Assembly: GCA_963796685.1 (NCBI GenBank)
Contig: CAWCMR010000005.1
Span: 352,001 to 416,000, forward strand
From: an uncultured delta proteobacterium
GTDB lineage: Bacteria > Myxococcota_A > Polyangia > Fen-1088
Direction: 5' to 3'
DNA length: 64,000 nt
Shown: piece after piece, positions 52,724-61,798 of the stretch
Layout of the letters: each line of letters begins with the position of its first letter
Position numbering within the stretch: the first letter of the stretch is position 1
The notes under the pieces: generated by a model
The model's input: only the letters and a program-made list of their open reading frames with translations
What the model was told of the DNA's origin: nothing
The model's database searches: none
Position numbers and translations under genes: made by a program

Positions 52724-53383
52724 TCAGCGCTCCTTGCAGAACCAGGGCGCGTTCGTACCGGAGCCGGCACAACATATCTGCATGGTCTTGCGATAGGTCT
52801 TTTCGTCGGGGCCGCACAGGCGCCTACGCACGCATTCCGCGAAGCCCCAGTCGAAGGGACGCCTGGCCTCGGCGGTTTCGTCGCCGAGCTCACGCGGTTC
52901 GGGCCGTGGCGGAAGCCCTGCTTCTTGGCGACAGAGCGCGTACTCGCGCGGCGTTTTTGGCGGGGGAGGCAGGATCTGCATGGGTGGCTCGCCGCCACCA
53001 CGATCGAACAGGTCGCGCTTGCGATCGAGAGCCTTGCTGATGGCGCGCAGGCTCCACCAGGAGCCCATCGGCGAGCCCACCCGATCGAGCGCATCGAGCG
53101 CCCGTCTGCGAAGATCCACGGGCATGTCGGGATCCTCGGCAACGGCCAGCAGTGGCTGTTCGGCGGCCAGGCCGTCGTTGCCGAGAGCGGCGAACCAATC
53201 GATCCACGTGCCCACGCTGCCGGCAAGCAATCCGCACGCTCGCATCTCGCGAAAGGCCGTCACCATGTCGGGAACCAGCGGCGCGGCCTCCGGGCCTCCG
53301 ATGGTCGAGGTCGCGTGCGCGACGGCGGAAGCCATCGCATCGGTCTCGGCATAGCGAGGTGCGCTTGCGCAAAGCCCGGGCAA
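52724..53383 (-). CDS. Hypothetical protein, probably degraded
   Basis: Long ORF with helical repeat-like segment; no motif recognised. Confidence 0.3.
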   Translation of the reverse strand: MPGLCASAPRYAETDAMASAVAHATSTIGGPEAAPLVPDMVTAFREMRACGLLAGSVGTWIDWFAALGNDGLAAEQPLLAVAEDPDMPVDLRRRALDALDRVGSPMGSWWSLRAISKALDRKRDLFDRGGGEPPMQILPPPPKTPREYALCRQEAGLPPRPEPRELGDETAEARRPFDWGFAECVRRRLCGPDEKTYRKTMQICCAGSGTNAPWFCKER

Positions 53384-53466
53384 CGCCTGTTTGAGAGCGG
53401 GCGCGAATTGTGCACATACTCATGATATTGCTTGATATCCATCATAAGCGGGATACGATAATTCAC

Positions 53467-53733
53467 ATGACACCTGAGGTTCGTGCGTACCTGGCCGAGA
53501 TCGGACGACGCGGGGGGCGGCGCAGTCGGCGCGTTCTGCCGCCGGAGACCGCTCGGCGAATGGTGCGGCTGCGCGAAGCGAGGCGTGCCTTCAAACGCTT
53601 CCACGCGAGGTGCTTCTGGTCTTCGCCGAAGGACTACGTGGTGACAGTGGAGGACATTGCGTGGGTCGCACGCCAGCTGATGACCCACGGTGGACGTGAT
53701 GGCTGGCGGACGGGAGCGAGTCTATGCCGCTAA
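53467..53733 (+). CDS. Small basic protein, putative antitoxin of the AbiEii-like gene
   Basis: YLAEIGRRGGRRS, CFWS, LMTHGG; overlaps next gene. Confidence 0.6.
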   Translation: MTPEVRAYLAEIGRRGGRRSRRVLPPETARRMVRLREARRAFKRFHARCFWSSPKDYVVTVEDIAWVARQLMTHGGRDGWRTGASLCR

Positions 53734-54500
53734 CCTCGTTCCAGGCCGCCATTGCCGAGCTCCTGGCAGTCAATCGCTCTTTCGACAGCTATCTGGCCGG
53801 CGGCGCGGCGCTGCACCTCGAGCCCAACTCCAAACGGTACAGCAACGACCTCGACTACTTCCACGACTCGGAGGAGCGGGTTGCGGTGGCGGTCCGCGAC
53901 GATACGCGATTGCTCGAACAGTCGGGCTACGAGGTCGAGGTATTGATGCAGCAGCCGGGTTTCACGCGCGCGATCGTGCGCAAAGGCGAGGAAGCGACCA
54001 AGCTCGAATGGGCGCACGATTCTGCATGGCGCTTCTTGCCCACGGTTCGCAGCGAACGTTCGGGCTTTCAGCTCTCGGGCGTGGATCTCGCCATCAACAA
54101 GCTGCTGGCGCTGGTCGGCCGCGACGAACCGCGCGACTACCTCGACATCCACGAAGCGATGGACCTACTGCCTCTTGGGGCCTTGTGTTGGGCCGCAGCC
54201 GGGAAGGATCCCGGTTTCACGCCCGCCATGTTGCTCGATCTGCTGCGCCGTCGCGGCCGGTATCGCCCCGAGGACTTCGGCCGGCTTCACCTCGCAGAGC
54301 CGGTCGACCTACCGAAGTTGAAACAGCGGTGGTTGGCCGCTCTGGACGAGGCCGAGCACTTCTTCACCACGCGCGACCCGAGCGAGATCGGTTGTCTCTA
54401 CTATTCTCGTTCGTTGGGGAAATTCGTCGAGCCACGGCCAGGCGACGACGTGGTTCCGCACTACGGTCGCCCGGGCGGCGTACTTCCCACCGTGGGGTAG
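53724..54500 (+). CDS. AbiEii/AbiGii-family nucleotidyltransferase (type IV TA toxin-like)
   Basis: YLAGGAAL, RYSNDLDYF, NKLLAL.GR.EPRDYLD. Confidence 0.8.
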   Translation: MPLTSFQAAIAELLAVNRSFDSYLAGGAALHLEPNSKRYSNDLDYFHDSEERVAVAVRDDTRLLEQSGYEVEVLMQQPGFTRAIVRKGEEATKLEWAHDSAWRFLPTVRSERSGFQLSGVDLAINKLLALVGRDEPRDYLDIHEAMDLLPLGALCWAAAGKDPGFTPAMLLDLLRRRGRYRPEDFGRLHLAEPVDLPKLKQRWLAALDEAEHFFTTRDPSEIGCLYYSRSLGKFVEPRPGDDVVPHYGRPGGVLPTVG

Positions 54501-54517
54501 CTGGTGCAATTCTCACC

Positions 54518-55684
54518 CTATTCCCGATCCTTGATCGGTGTCTCGCGCAGGTCCGCCGTGGTCACCGAGGTCGTGCCGAACTTCTTTTGGATGCGGTCGA
54601 GGGCGGCGTTGAGACGGCCGCTGCGGCGATCGGAATCGAAGAGCGAGAGCTGTCCCTCCCCCGCGAGAATCGACTGGGCCGAGACGCCCGTGAGCCGAAC
54701 CTTCTGCTGCAGGCGCTGGGCGGAAAGCAGCGCGCTGGCCGCGCGGTAGAGCGCCTGACCGTCGTCGGTCGGCTCGGGCAAGGTCGTTCGGCGCGTGAGC
54801 AGCGTGAAGTCGGCCAGCTTGAGCTTGAGCTGCACCACGGTCGTCTTCCTGCCCGCCTGGCGCAGGCGGCGTCCCACGCGCAGGGCCTGGGCATGCACGT
54901 ACGGCAGCAGCGCCTCCTTGCCGGCCAGGTCCTCGTCGAAAGTGTCCTCGGCCCCGATGCTCTTCGCCTCGCGGTCGGGCACCACCTTGCGCGGATCGAT
55001 CGCGCACGCCAGATCCCACAGATCGCGACCACCCGACACGCGCTTGCCCAGCCAATCGGGATCGGCGTCCGCGATCTGGCCGATGGTGCGCAGGCCAAGC
55101 TCGGCCAGCACGGCCTCGGTCTTGGGGCCCACGCCCCACAGACGCGCGACGGGCAGCGGGGCAAGAAACGTCCGCTCCGCGCCGGGCGCGACTTCCTTCT
55201 GTCCGTTCGGCTTGGCCAGATCCGAGGCGATCTTGGCCACGAACTTCACCGAGGCGATGCCGGCCGACGCGGGCAGGTCCACCTCGGCCGCGATGCGCGC
55301 ACGCAGGTCGGCGGCGATCTTGCCCGGAGGGCCGAAGAGCTCGCGCGACGCGGTCACGTCCAGGAACGCCTCGTCGAGCGAGAGCGGTTCGATGAGCGGG
55401 GTGACCGAAGCCATGATGGCGAACACCGCGTCGCTTGCCTCCGCGTACGCCCCCATGCGTGGCGGGACGACGATGGCCGTGGGCGCCTTGCGCACGGCGA
55501 TCGCCATGGGCATGGCCGAGCGCACCCCGAAGGGGCGCACCTCGTAGGAGGCGGCCAGCACGACCCCGCGCTTCGGGTGGCCGCCCACGATCACGGGTTT
55601 GCCGCGCAGGTCGGGAAAATCGCGCTGCTCGACCGACGCATAGAAAGCGTCCATGTCGAGGTGAATGATGGCGGCGGCGCTCAC
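54518..55684 (-). CDS. dinB: DNA polymerase IV
   Basis: IIHLDMDAFYASVEQ, SYE.R.FGV.SAM, SLDEAFLD, AKIASD..KPNG. Confidence 0.95.
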   Translation of the reverse strand: MSAAAIIHLDMDAFYASVEQRDFPDLRGKPVIVGGHPKRGVVLAASYEVRPFGVRSAMPMAIAVRKAPTAIVVPPRMGAYAEASDAVFAIMASVTPLIEPLSLDEAFLDVTASRELFGPPGKIAADLRARIAAEVDLPASAGIASVKFVAKIASDLAKPNGQKEVAPGAERTFLAPLPVARLWGVGPKTEAVLAELGLRTIGQIADADPDWLGKRVSGGRDLWDLACAIDPRKVVPDREAKSIGAEDTFDEDLAGKEALLPYVHAQALRVGRRLRQAGRKTTVVQLKLKLADFTLLTRRTTLPEPTDDGQALYRAASALLSAQRLQQKVRLTGVSAQSILAGEGQLSLFDSDRRSGRLNAALDRIQKKFGTTSVTTADLRETPIKDRE

Positions 55685-55789
55685 GTACAGAAACGGTAGG
55701 GCTTGCCGGACGGGATTTCAATTCAGTATGTAAGCGACGAGCGACGCAGCCAGCCGGGATAGATCGGCCGTGCACATGCTAAACTCCGC

Positions 55790-56227
55790 TCACCCTCGTT
55801 GCTCTGAACGCGGGCGCAGTCCCATCGATGAAGCTGCTCTCATTTGGTGGATGTCAAACGTGACGAATTCCGTGAAGTTGTTGTGAAGGGCGGTCACGAT
55901 GTGGATGCAGTCGGAAGAGCGAAGAAATACCGTGGGCGGCAGCGTGGCAAAGGCCTCGGCCGCCGCTCTCATGATCAAGCTATCGATCGGAAGCCACGTC
56001 CAGAAGCCTGCCAAATCATCGTGCTGAAACTGCCGAACTGCGGCCGTGAAGTCTCTCCGATTCCAGTCTCCTTCGCGCAGACGCCGATGAAAGACCGCCA
56101 TGAGCTCGGGCCGAACCAGCTCCGAGACACATACTCCGTCTTCCGTCTCGAGGAGCTGACGTAACGCCCGGGATTCCTTTTCCGGGACGTAGAACTTCGC
56201 CACCGCAGATGTGTCGCAAGCAATCAT
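55790..56227 (-). CDS. VapC-type PIN toxin
   Basis: CDTSAVAKFYV.E, LRSSDCIH, FVTFD. Confidence 0.85.
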   Translation of the reverse strand: MIACDTSAVAKFYVPEKESRALRQLLETEDGVCVSELVRPELMAVFHRRLREGDWNRRDFTAAVRQFQHDDLAGFWTWLPIDSLIMRAAAEAFATLPPTVFLRSSDCIHIVTALHNNFTEFVTFDIHQMRAASSMGLRPRSEQRG

Positions 56228-56473
56228 CGATCGCCGCGAATCGCATCCAGATCCTCGAGCACGCTGCCCGAGGTCTTGCGAGATAGCAGAAGCTCGGTAC
56301 TCGGGCAACAAGGTTCGCCCTGGTCGCCGCGAGCGCAGCAGGGCCGGTTTGGCCAGCACTGCGACGGGTCTGCCCCGGTCCGTAATGGCTATCGGCGCGT
56401 TCGACCGGGCTGCCCGTCTGACGTGCTCACCCGTCGTCTGATGGAGCTGCTTGATACTGATGCTGGATCGCAT
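56224..56473 (-). pseudogene. Phd/YefM antitoxin, frameshifted (+1 at about 56296) into the toxin frame
   Basis: ISIKQLHQTTG..ITDRGRPVAVL; natural tail RKTSGSVLEDLDAIRGDR* lies in another frame with ATGA overlap. Confidence 0.75.
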
Positions 56474-56542
56474 GGTGTAACGGTGACACTTCGTCACCAT
56501 GCGGTCAAGCTCAAGCGCTACTTGCCCGCGTCGAAGGCCGAG

Positions 56543-58027
56543 CTATTCCGTGACGGGGACGCCGCTCTGGTCGCACGAGTAGAACGAATCGTAGTCTCCG
56601 ACCACCGACAGATTCTGGCCCTTGACGTTGTCCTGCCAGGCGCAGGTGGGCATGCAGCAGTCCTGCATGGTGGTGATGGTGTAGCCCGACTTGAACGAGG
56701 AATCCGCGGCGGCCTGCTCGGGCGTGGCGACCGCGGGATTCACGGCCGGCAGGCCCTGCGGCGCCAGCTTGCACCCCGTGACCTGGGTGAGGTGCGTTGG
56801 GCATTCGACCCGCTTGGCGTAGATCTTCCAGTTGATGTGGTAGTAGGTGTTGGCGTTGTTCGATTGCGTGCACGAGTTGATGGATTCGTTGGTCACCGTG
56901 GTCGAGCTGGACTTGAACTTTCCGCATGAGGTGGCCACGTTGGCCTGGCAGGTCGCCGAGGACAACGTGGCGGTGGTGACCAGGTTGTTGCTGTTCTTGC
57001 AGCCCGCGACCTGGGTGGCCGCGTTCACGCCACCCGAGCCGGGCTCGCCCTCGGTCGGGAACTGGGTGTAGAGGTACTTGCCCGAGGGACTCTTCATCGA
57101 CGCGTTCGGATCGCACGCGTTGAAGGCGCCGAAGCCGCCCGCGCCCATGAACACGTCGAAGTTCTGGCCGCCGCCGGCCGAGGTGTTGAAGGCCTGCACC
57201 ACCAGGGGCGGCGGAATGGGAATGGCCGAGGCGCCATTGCCGCTGACCTGCGCCTCGTTCTCGGGCAAGCTGAAGACCAGCTGGTAGCACTGGCAGCAGC
57301 TGATGGTCACGTTGCCGTCGATGCCGCCGGTTTCCACGTCGTGGCCCACCACCGCGTAGTTCAGGCCCGTGTAGCCGTCATCCAGGGCAGCCTGGGCCAT
57401 CTCGTCGGAGAAGAGCATGAAGCGAGGGCACAGGAAATTGACCTGCGCGCCTTGCTTGGTGCCTTCGCACGCATTCTGCCCCTGCGTGCAGACGCCACCG
57501 CCGGGCGACGTGGCGGAGCCGGCTTGGCACCCCTTGATGTAGAACTGATTGATCATCTGGTTGGGCGGAGGCAGCGCATAGACGAGGGGTGGAGGTCCGG
57601 TATCGATGGGGGCATCCACGGCGGCGTCGGCCTGGGTCGTGCCGCCCGCGCCCGAGGAGGAAGAACCGCCCGACGAAGACGTGCCGCCCGCGCCACCGCT
57701 GGGAACGCCGCCGGCGCCACCGTGCGCGGCTCCGCCACCACCCGCGATGCCACCCTCGCCGGCCGATCCGCCCGCGCCCGTGCTGCCGCCACTGTTCGCC
57801 GAGCCGCCGAGGCCCGAGGCGCCACCGCCGGCCGTCGTGCCGCCCGCGTTCGAGGCTCCGCCCGAGCCCGGTGCGGTGGAGGTGCTCGTCGAGGTGTCGG
57901 TTCCCGGCGCACGCGCGCGTGCACAACCACCGAGGGTCAGCCCAAGCGCGCAGGCCGCCAACAGCAGCCGCGCGCTGGCAGGCAGGAAGGTGGAACGCAA
58001 GATGTCAAGACCTGGAACTACGGTCAT
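56543..58027 (-). CDS. Lipoprotein with circularly permuted GH45 endoglucanase domain
   Basis: Lipobox LGGC, Gly-rich linker; CCQCYQL, VVQ..NT, NFDV..GGFG, VECP..L..TGC, then TTMQDCCMPTCAW at the C-terminus. Confidence 0.8.
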   Translation of the reverse strand: MTVVPGLDILRSTFLPASARLLLAACALGLTLGGCARARAPGTDTSTSTSTAPGSGGASNAGGTTAGGGASGLGGSANSGGSTGAGGSAGEGGIAGGGGAAHGGAGGVPSGGAGGTSSSGGSSSSGAGGTTQADAAVDAPIDTGPPPLVYALPPPNQMINQFYIKGCQAGSATSPGGGVCTQGQNACEGTKQGAQVNFLCPRFMLFSDEMAQAALDDGYTGLNYAVVGHDVETGGIDGNVTISCCQCYQLVFSLPENEAQVSGNGASAIPIPPPLVVQAFNTSAGGGQNFDVFMGAGGFGAFNACDPNASMKSPSGKYLYTQFPTEGEPGSGGVNAATQVAGCKNSNNLVTTATLSSATCQANVATSCGKFKSSSTTVTNESINSCTQSNNANTYYHINWKIYAKRVECPTHLTQVTGCKLAPQGLPAVNPAVATPEQAAADSSFKSGYTITTMQDCCMPTCAWQDNVKGQNLSVVGDYDSFYSCDQSGVPVTE

Positions 58028-58059
58028 CCGGTAAGGGTAGCAAGACCGGGCGAAAACAG

Positions 58060-58137
58060 GTAGGGGCGGGTTTGAAACCCGCCCCTACAGATGCGAGAAT
58101 AGACGTACGAATCCGTAGGGGCGGGTTTGAAAACCCG
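58060..58137. repeat. GTAG-type REP pair (GTAGGGGCGGGTTTGAAACCCGCCCCTAC plus a partial copy)
   Basis: Palindrome 58060-58088; second copy 58115-58137. Confidence 0.8.
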
Positions 58138-58143
58138 GTGTTC

Positions 58144-59745
58144 TCAATGCCACTCCCAGTTGATGTAGCCTGGCTTGGCGTCGGCCATGGCGTTGACCAT
58201 CAGCTCGACCAATCCGCCGTAGTGCAGGCCGGCCTTCTCGTGGGCCTTGTAGAACGAGATGATCTCGCGCATCTGCCCCTTGCAGTTGCTGCACGGGGCG
58301 CAGACGTATTTGTGGTTCTCGGCGCCCATGGGCTCGCCCTGGAAGGCCTCCAGGATCTGCCTGAATTTTCGCCGCCCCGTGAGATGGTGACGCCAACTGG
58401 CGAAATTGCGTCCGCTCATGATGGCGAATCCCGAGCCGCCGCCGCAGCAGTAGTTGTTCACCCCGTGCGGGGTCATCTCGCGGAAGCGCTCTTTGGGCAC
58501 GACCTGGCCCAGGATTTCCCGCTGCGGCGACACGATCCCCATCAGGCGCACGTAGTTGCACGGGTCGTGCAAGGTGACGGGGAAGTCGTTGCGGCTCTTG
58601 TCGAAGCGGATGGCGCCGGAGCGCGCGATATCGCGCAGAATGGGCATGGAGCTTTCGCGCGGAATGTTGAGCCCGCCGGTCAGCACCTTGTCGGCGATGA
58701 CGGTGAGCGCCTTGTGGGCGTGCCCGCACTCGCCGAGGACGATCTTCTTCACGCCGAGCTTCTCGGCGATCTGCATGTGGCGCAGGGCCGTGCGCGCGAA
58801 CTGCACGTCGTCGTAGAAGACGCCATAGTTGATGCCGTCGTAGGCGGGCGCCTCGCTGGACATGGTCCAATTGAGGCCGGCCTGGTTGAAGAGCAGGCTG
58901 AAGCCGCCGATGTTCTCGGGCCAGGCCATGATCTCGCCAGCGTTGTGGATGAGGAGGATGTCGGCGCCCTTCTTGTCGAACGGCGTGACGACCTTGATGC
59001 CGGTCTTTTCGCTGGTGTCGTCGTCGATGAACTCCATGTTGCTCTTGAGCACGTCCGGGTTCATGCCCGTGGACGAGCCGACCTTGAGCTGCAACATCGA
59101 GCCGTCCTCGTGCAACTCTTTGGGGTGGATGCCCATCTCCTGGCTGGCGATCTTGCGGATCTCGCGCGCCATGAGCCCGTTGTCGACGCCCATGGGACAG
59201 GTCTGCGCGCAGCGCCGACAGAGGTTGCAGCGGTAGGAAAGCTCCAGCAGCCGGACCACCGTCCGCCAATTCAAATCGATGTCGCCATGGACGAAGGTCG
59301 AGGCGCCCTTGACGTACTTGAAATAGATGCGGCGAAGGATCTCCGAGCGGAACGACGGTCGGTACAGCTCGTTCTTTCCGCTTTCCTCGAAGATGTGGCA
59401 GGCCTCCGAGCAGGTCTGGCAACGCGCGCAGTGCTCGACGGAGAACAGCAACGGCTGCAGGAAGGTCCAGTTGTCGGCCGCGGAGAAGAGCTTGCGCAAG
59501 CCCGACAAGAAGGCATTGACCAACCGCTCTTCTTCCGCCGGGGTCGTGGGCTTCGGGATATTGAGCGCGATGGTGTCGTCCAAGCAGACGAGCTTTTGGC
59601 GAACCTCGTCGGCGAGCGGGGCGATCCGGGGCTCGTCTTCCAATTTGTCGAAGGGTGGTGGCAGCGGGACCTGGTCTTCAAGCCCCACCTTGGCAACCGG
59701 GCCGTCGCCCTGGGAGAAGGAGCGAAAGGTCACGCCGCCGCTCAT
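58144..59745 (-). CDS. DsrK/HdrD-like Fe-S oxidoreductase (CCG domain)
   Basis: CARCQTCSEAC, CNLCRRCAQTCP, ECGHA, HDPCN, NYCCGGGSG, PCSNCK. Confidence 0.85.
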   Translation of the reverse strand: MSGGVTFRSFSQGDGPVAKVGLEDQVPLPPPFDKLEDEPRIAPLADEVRQKLVCLDDTIALNIPKPTTPAEEERLVNAFLSGLRKLFSAADNWTFLQPLLFSVEHCARCQTCSEACHIFEESGKNELYRPSFRSEILRRIYFKYVKGASTFVHGDIDLNWRTVVRLLELSYRCNLCRRCAQTCPMGVDNGLMAREIRKIASQEMGIHPKELHEDGSMLQLKVGSSTGMNPDVLKSNMEFIDDDTSEKTGIKVVTPFDKKGADILLIHNAGEIMAWPENIGGFSLLFNQAGLNWTMSSEAPAYDGINYGVFYDDVQFARTALRHMQIAEKLGVKKIVLGECGHAHKALTVIADKVLTGGLNIPRESSMPILRDIARSGAIRFDKSRNDFPVTLHDPCNYVRLMGIVSPQREILGQVVPKERFREMTPHGVNNYCCGGGSGFAIMSGRNFASWRHHLTGRRKFRQILEAFQGEPMGAENHKYVCAPCSNCKGQMREIISFYKAHEKAGLHYGGLVELMVNAMADAKPGYINWEWH

Positions 59746-60707
59746 TTCCTGATCTCCGTCGGGTTTTCCATGGCCAGGTCGGCCCAGGTCTTCTTGCCCG
59801 CGCCGCGGATGTGCTCGGCATCCCATGAAACCTTGTACGCGAGCAGCTTGGCGATTTTGGCTTCCTGCGGGCCGCCGGCCAGGTTGGGTCTGTCGTTCCA
59901 GCGGATGGCGTGGTACGCGAAATACTTGCCCACGAAATGGGACATGTGCGTAAGCGGGATGTAGGCGACGAGCGAGCTCGACAGCACCACCGTCGCCGTC
60001 GGCAGAAGCCAATCGATGCCCGTGCCCGGCAGAGACGTCAAATTGAAGGCCGTCAGGTTGGTCGCGAACGCCATCGCCAGGTCCGCGTGCCTATCCACCA
60101 ATCCGAAGGTGAGCAAACCGGAGGCGAAAGTGACGATGAAGAAGACGAGATTGAAGATGTCCGCGGGCACGGTGTGCGCCCGCAGCGCGGGCAGGGTCAG
60201 TCGTCGGTGCAAGAGCGAAAGAGCCCCCAGGCAACCAAGTGCAAGGCCGGCAACGCCGAGCACCAGCACGATCTCATGGGCAACTTTCCCCGGACCTCCG
60301 GCGAGAAGCTGCGGCGCAAGCGCGCGCCCAAGGCCCGCCAACAGCGCCAGCCCCGCCGCGCCTCCCGCCAGGTACAAACCCAAATGAAAGGGAAACGTAC
60401 GCGCCCAAAGCTGGCGGTTGTGCTCCCTGACCGAGGACAGCAGCAGCACTTCGGGAAGGGTGGCCTTGACCGCGCCGAGCGGGGACGTCTTACGCGGCTG
60501 CTTCCACCAGTCGGCTTCCTCCATGAACGAGCCGCCGTAGCGGGACTTTCCCGCGGGCGCATGGGGAACAGGATAAAGCTCCCAGCGCATGTGCATGGGC
60601 AGCCTCGCCCACATGACGAAGCGGGCGATCACCGTGACCGTGAACGAAACCAGCGCCAGGTAGCATAGGAGGTAGGGTAACTGGGACACCTGGCTGGCTA
60701 ATTGCAT
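59742..60707 (-). CDS. DsrM/NarI-like cytochrome b membrane subunit
   Basis: RWELYPVPH, PFHLGLY, YIPLTHMSH; ATGA overlap with the DsrK-like gene. Confidence 0.82.
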   Translation of the reverse strand: MQLASQVSQLPYLLCYLALVSFTVTVIARFVMWARLPMHMRWELYPVPHAPAGKSRYGGSFMEEADWWKQPRKTSPLGAVKATLPEVLLLSSVREHNRQLWARTFPFHLGLYLAGGAAGLALLAGLGRALAPQLLAGGPGKVAHEIVLVLGVAGLALGCLGALSLLHRRLTLPALRAHTVPADIFNLVFFIVTFASGLLTFGLVDRHADLAMAFATNLTAFNLTSLPGTGIDWLLPTATVVLSSSLVAYIPLTHMSHFVGKYFAYHAIRWNDRPNLAGGPQEAKIAKLLAYKVSWDAEHIRGAGKKTWADLAMENPTEIRK

Positions 60708-61025
60708 TTTCCGGGCCGCGGTCGAGCGGTAGGGCATCGCGCGGGCAATCCCGGGATTCGGCCGAAATACCGAGTGCCCGGAAATTCGCGTCCCGCGCGC
60801 ACGCCGCTAGGCCATCAAATATGCTGGCATAGGCCGTGGCCGGCGCTGGCTCCGCTCGTTGCCGGGGCCGGCCCGGCACGTCGGATGGCTCCGTTCCCGA
60901 GTGCCGCGCACACCACCCGGGATCGCACACGCGTTCCGGGTGCCGTCAGGGGAGAATAGCGAGAATGAGCGGGAGCTGTCGGGAGAGGATCGGATGGGTT
61001 TCGGTGGTAACATCTTCACGACGAC

Positions 61026-61503
61026 ATGATCGACTTCGAGGAAGCGAAACGGATCCTCGCGGCCTTCGAGCGCGAAGGCGTGGAGTACGTCATGGTCGGA
61101 TCGATGGCCATGGCCGCTCAGGGCTTGGTGCGGGCCACGCGAGATGTCGATTTCTTCGTCGCCGCGACTGCGGCCAACGTAGAGCATCTACGGCGAGCCC
61201 TTAGGGGCTTGTACCAGGACGACGCAAATGTGGACCAGTATCCGGGTGGAGGACCTTGCTGGCGACTATCCGGCCATCGAGTATGTTCCACCCGATGCTC
61301 CCTACTCCCTCGATCTTCTCTCAAGACTGGGCGAGGCCTTTCGCTACGAGACCATCGAGAGCGAAGAGCTGGTTCTCGACGGAATCCGGATTCGCGTCGC
61401 CACGCCCGAGATGCTCTACCGCATGAAGAAGGACACGGTGAGACCGCAAGACCGCCTGGACGCCGAGCAACTGCGCCGTCTCTTCGAGCTCGAGGAGGAG
61501 TGA
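61026..61503 (+). pseudogene. Nucleotidyltransferase-fold TA protein, frameshifted (+1 at about 61238)
   Basis: YVMVGSMAM..RATRDVDF, then LDLLSRLG..MKKDTVRPQDRLD in a second frame. Confidence 0.7.
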
Positions 61504-61742
61504 TGGGTGTACGCAAGTTTCACTCCGTCGAAGAGATGCGCGGACCTTTGCCTCTGCCGCGACTTGATCCCGAGAACCTGCGGATCGCTTTCGGGCTCTC
61601 CTCGCTCGCGGGTGGAATGAGGCCAATTGGCCGAACGCCGGGCGTGCGCAAGTTCCGTTCTTGGAACGAGGCCCTCGCTGCAAAGGCGGCCGATGAGGTC
61701 GCGTCTTTGCGACGTTCTTCGTCCGGGACCAATCGGAGATAG
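61503..61742 (+). CDS. Small protein coupled to the NTase (MGVRKFHSVEEM...PGVRKFRS)
   Basis: GAGGAG RBS, TGATG overlap; internally duplicated VRKF motif. Confidence 0.6.
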   Translation: MGVRKFHSVEEMRGPLPLPRLDPENLRIAFGLSSLAGGMRPIGRTPGVRKFRSWNEALAAKAADEVASLRRSSSGTNRR

Positions 61743-61798
61743 CGCGTTTGCCCCGATGGCGCTGGCCCCGCTGGGCACCGCGACGTCCTGTATAGTGC

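Noticed and set aside
55700-55735. LexA box upstream of dinB
   Set aside because: Only a half-site-like CTGAAT is visible; not enough to call.
57589-59964. 791-aa plus-strand ORF and similar long overlapping ORFs (53690-55699, 2644-4368, 48377-50071)
   Set aside because: GC-rich antisense or off-frame shadows of well-supported genes.
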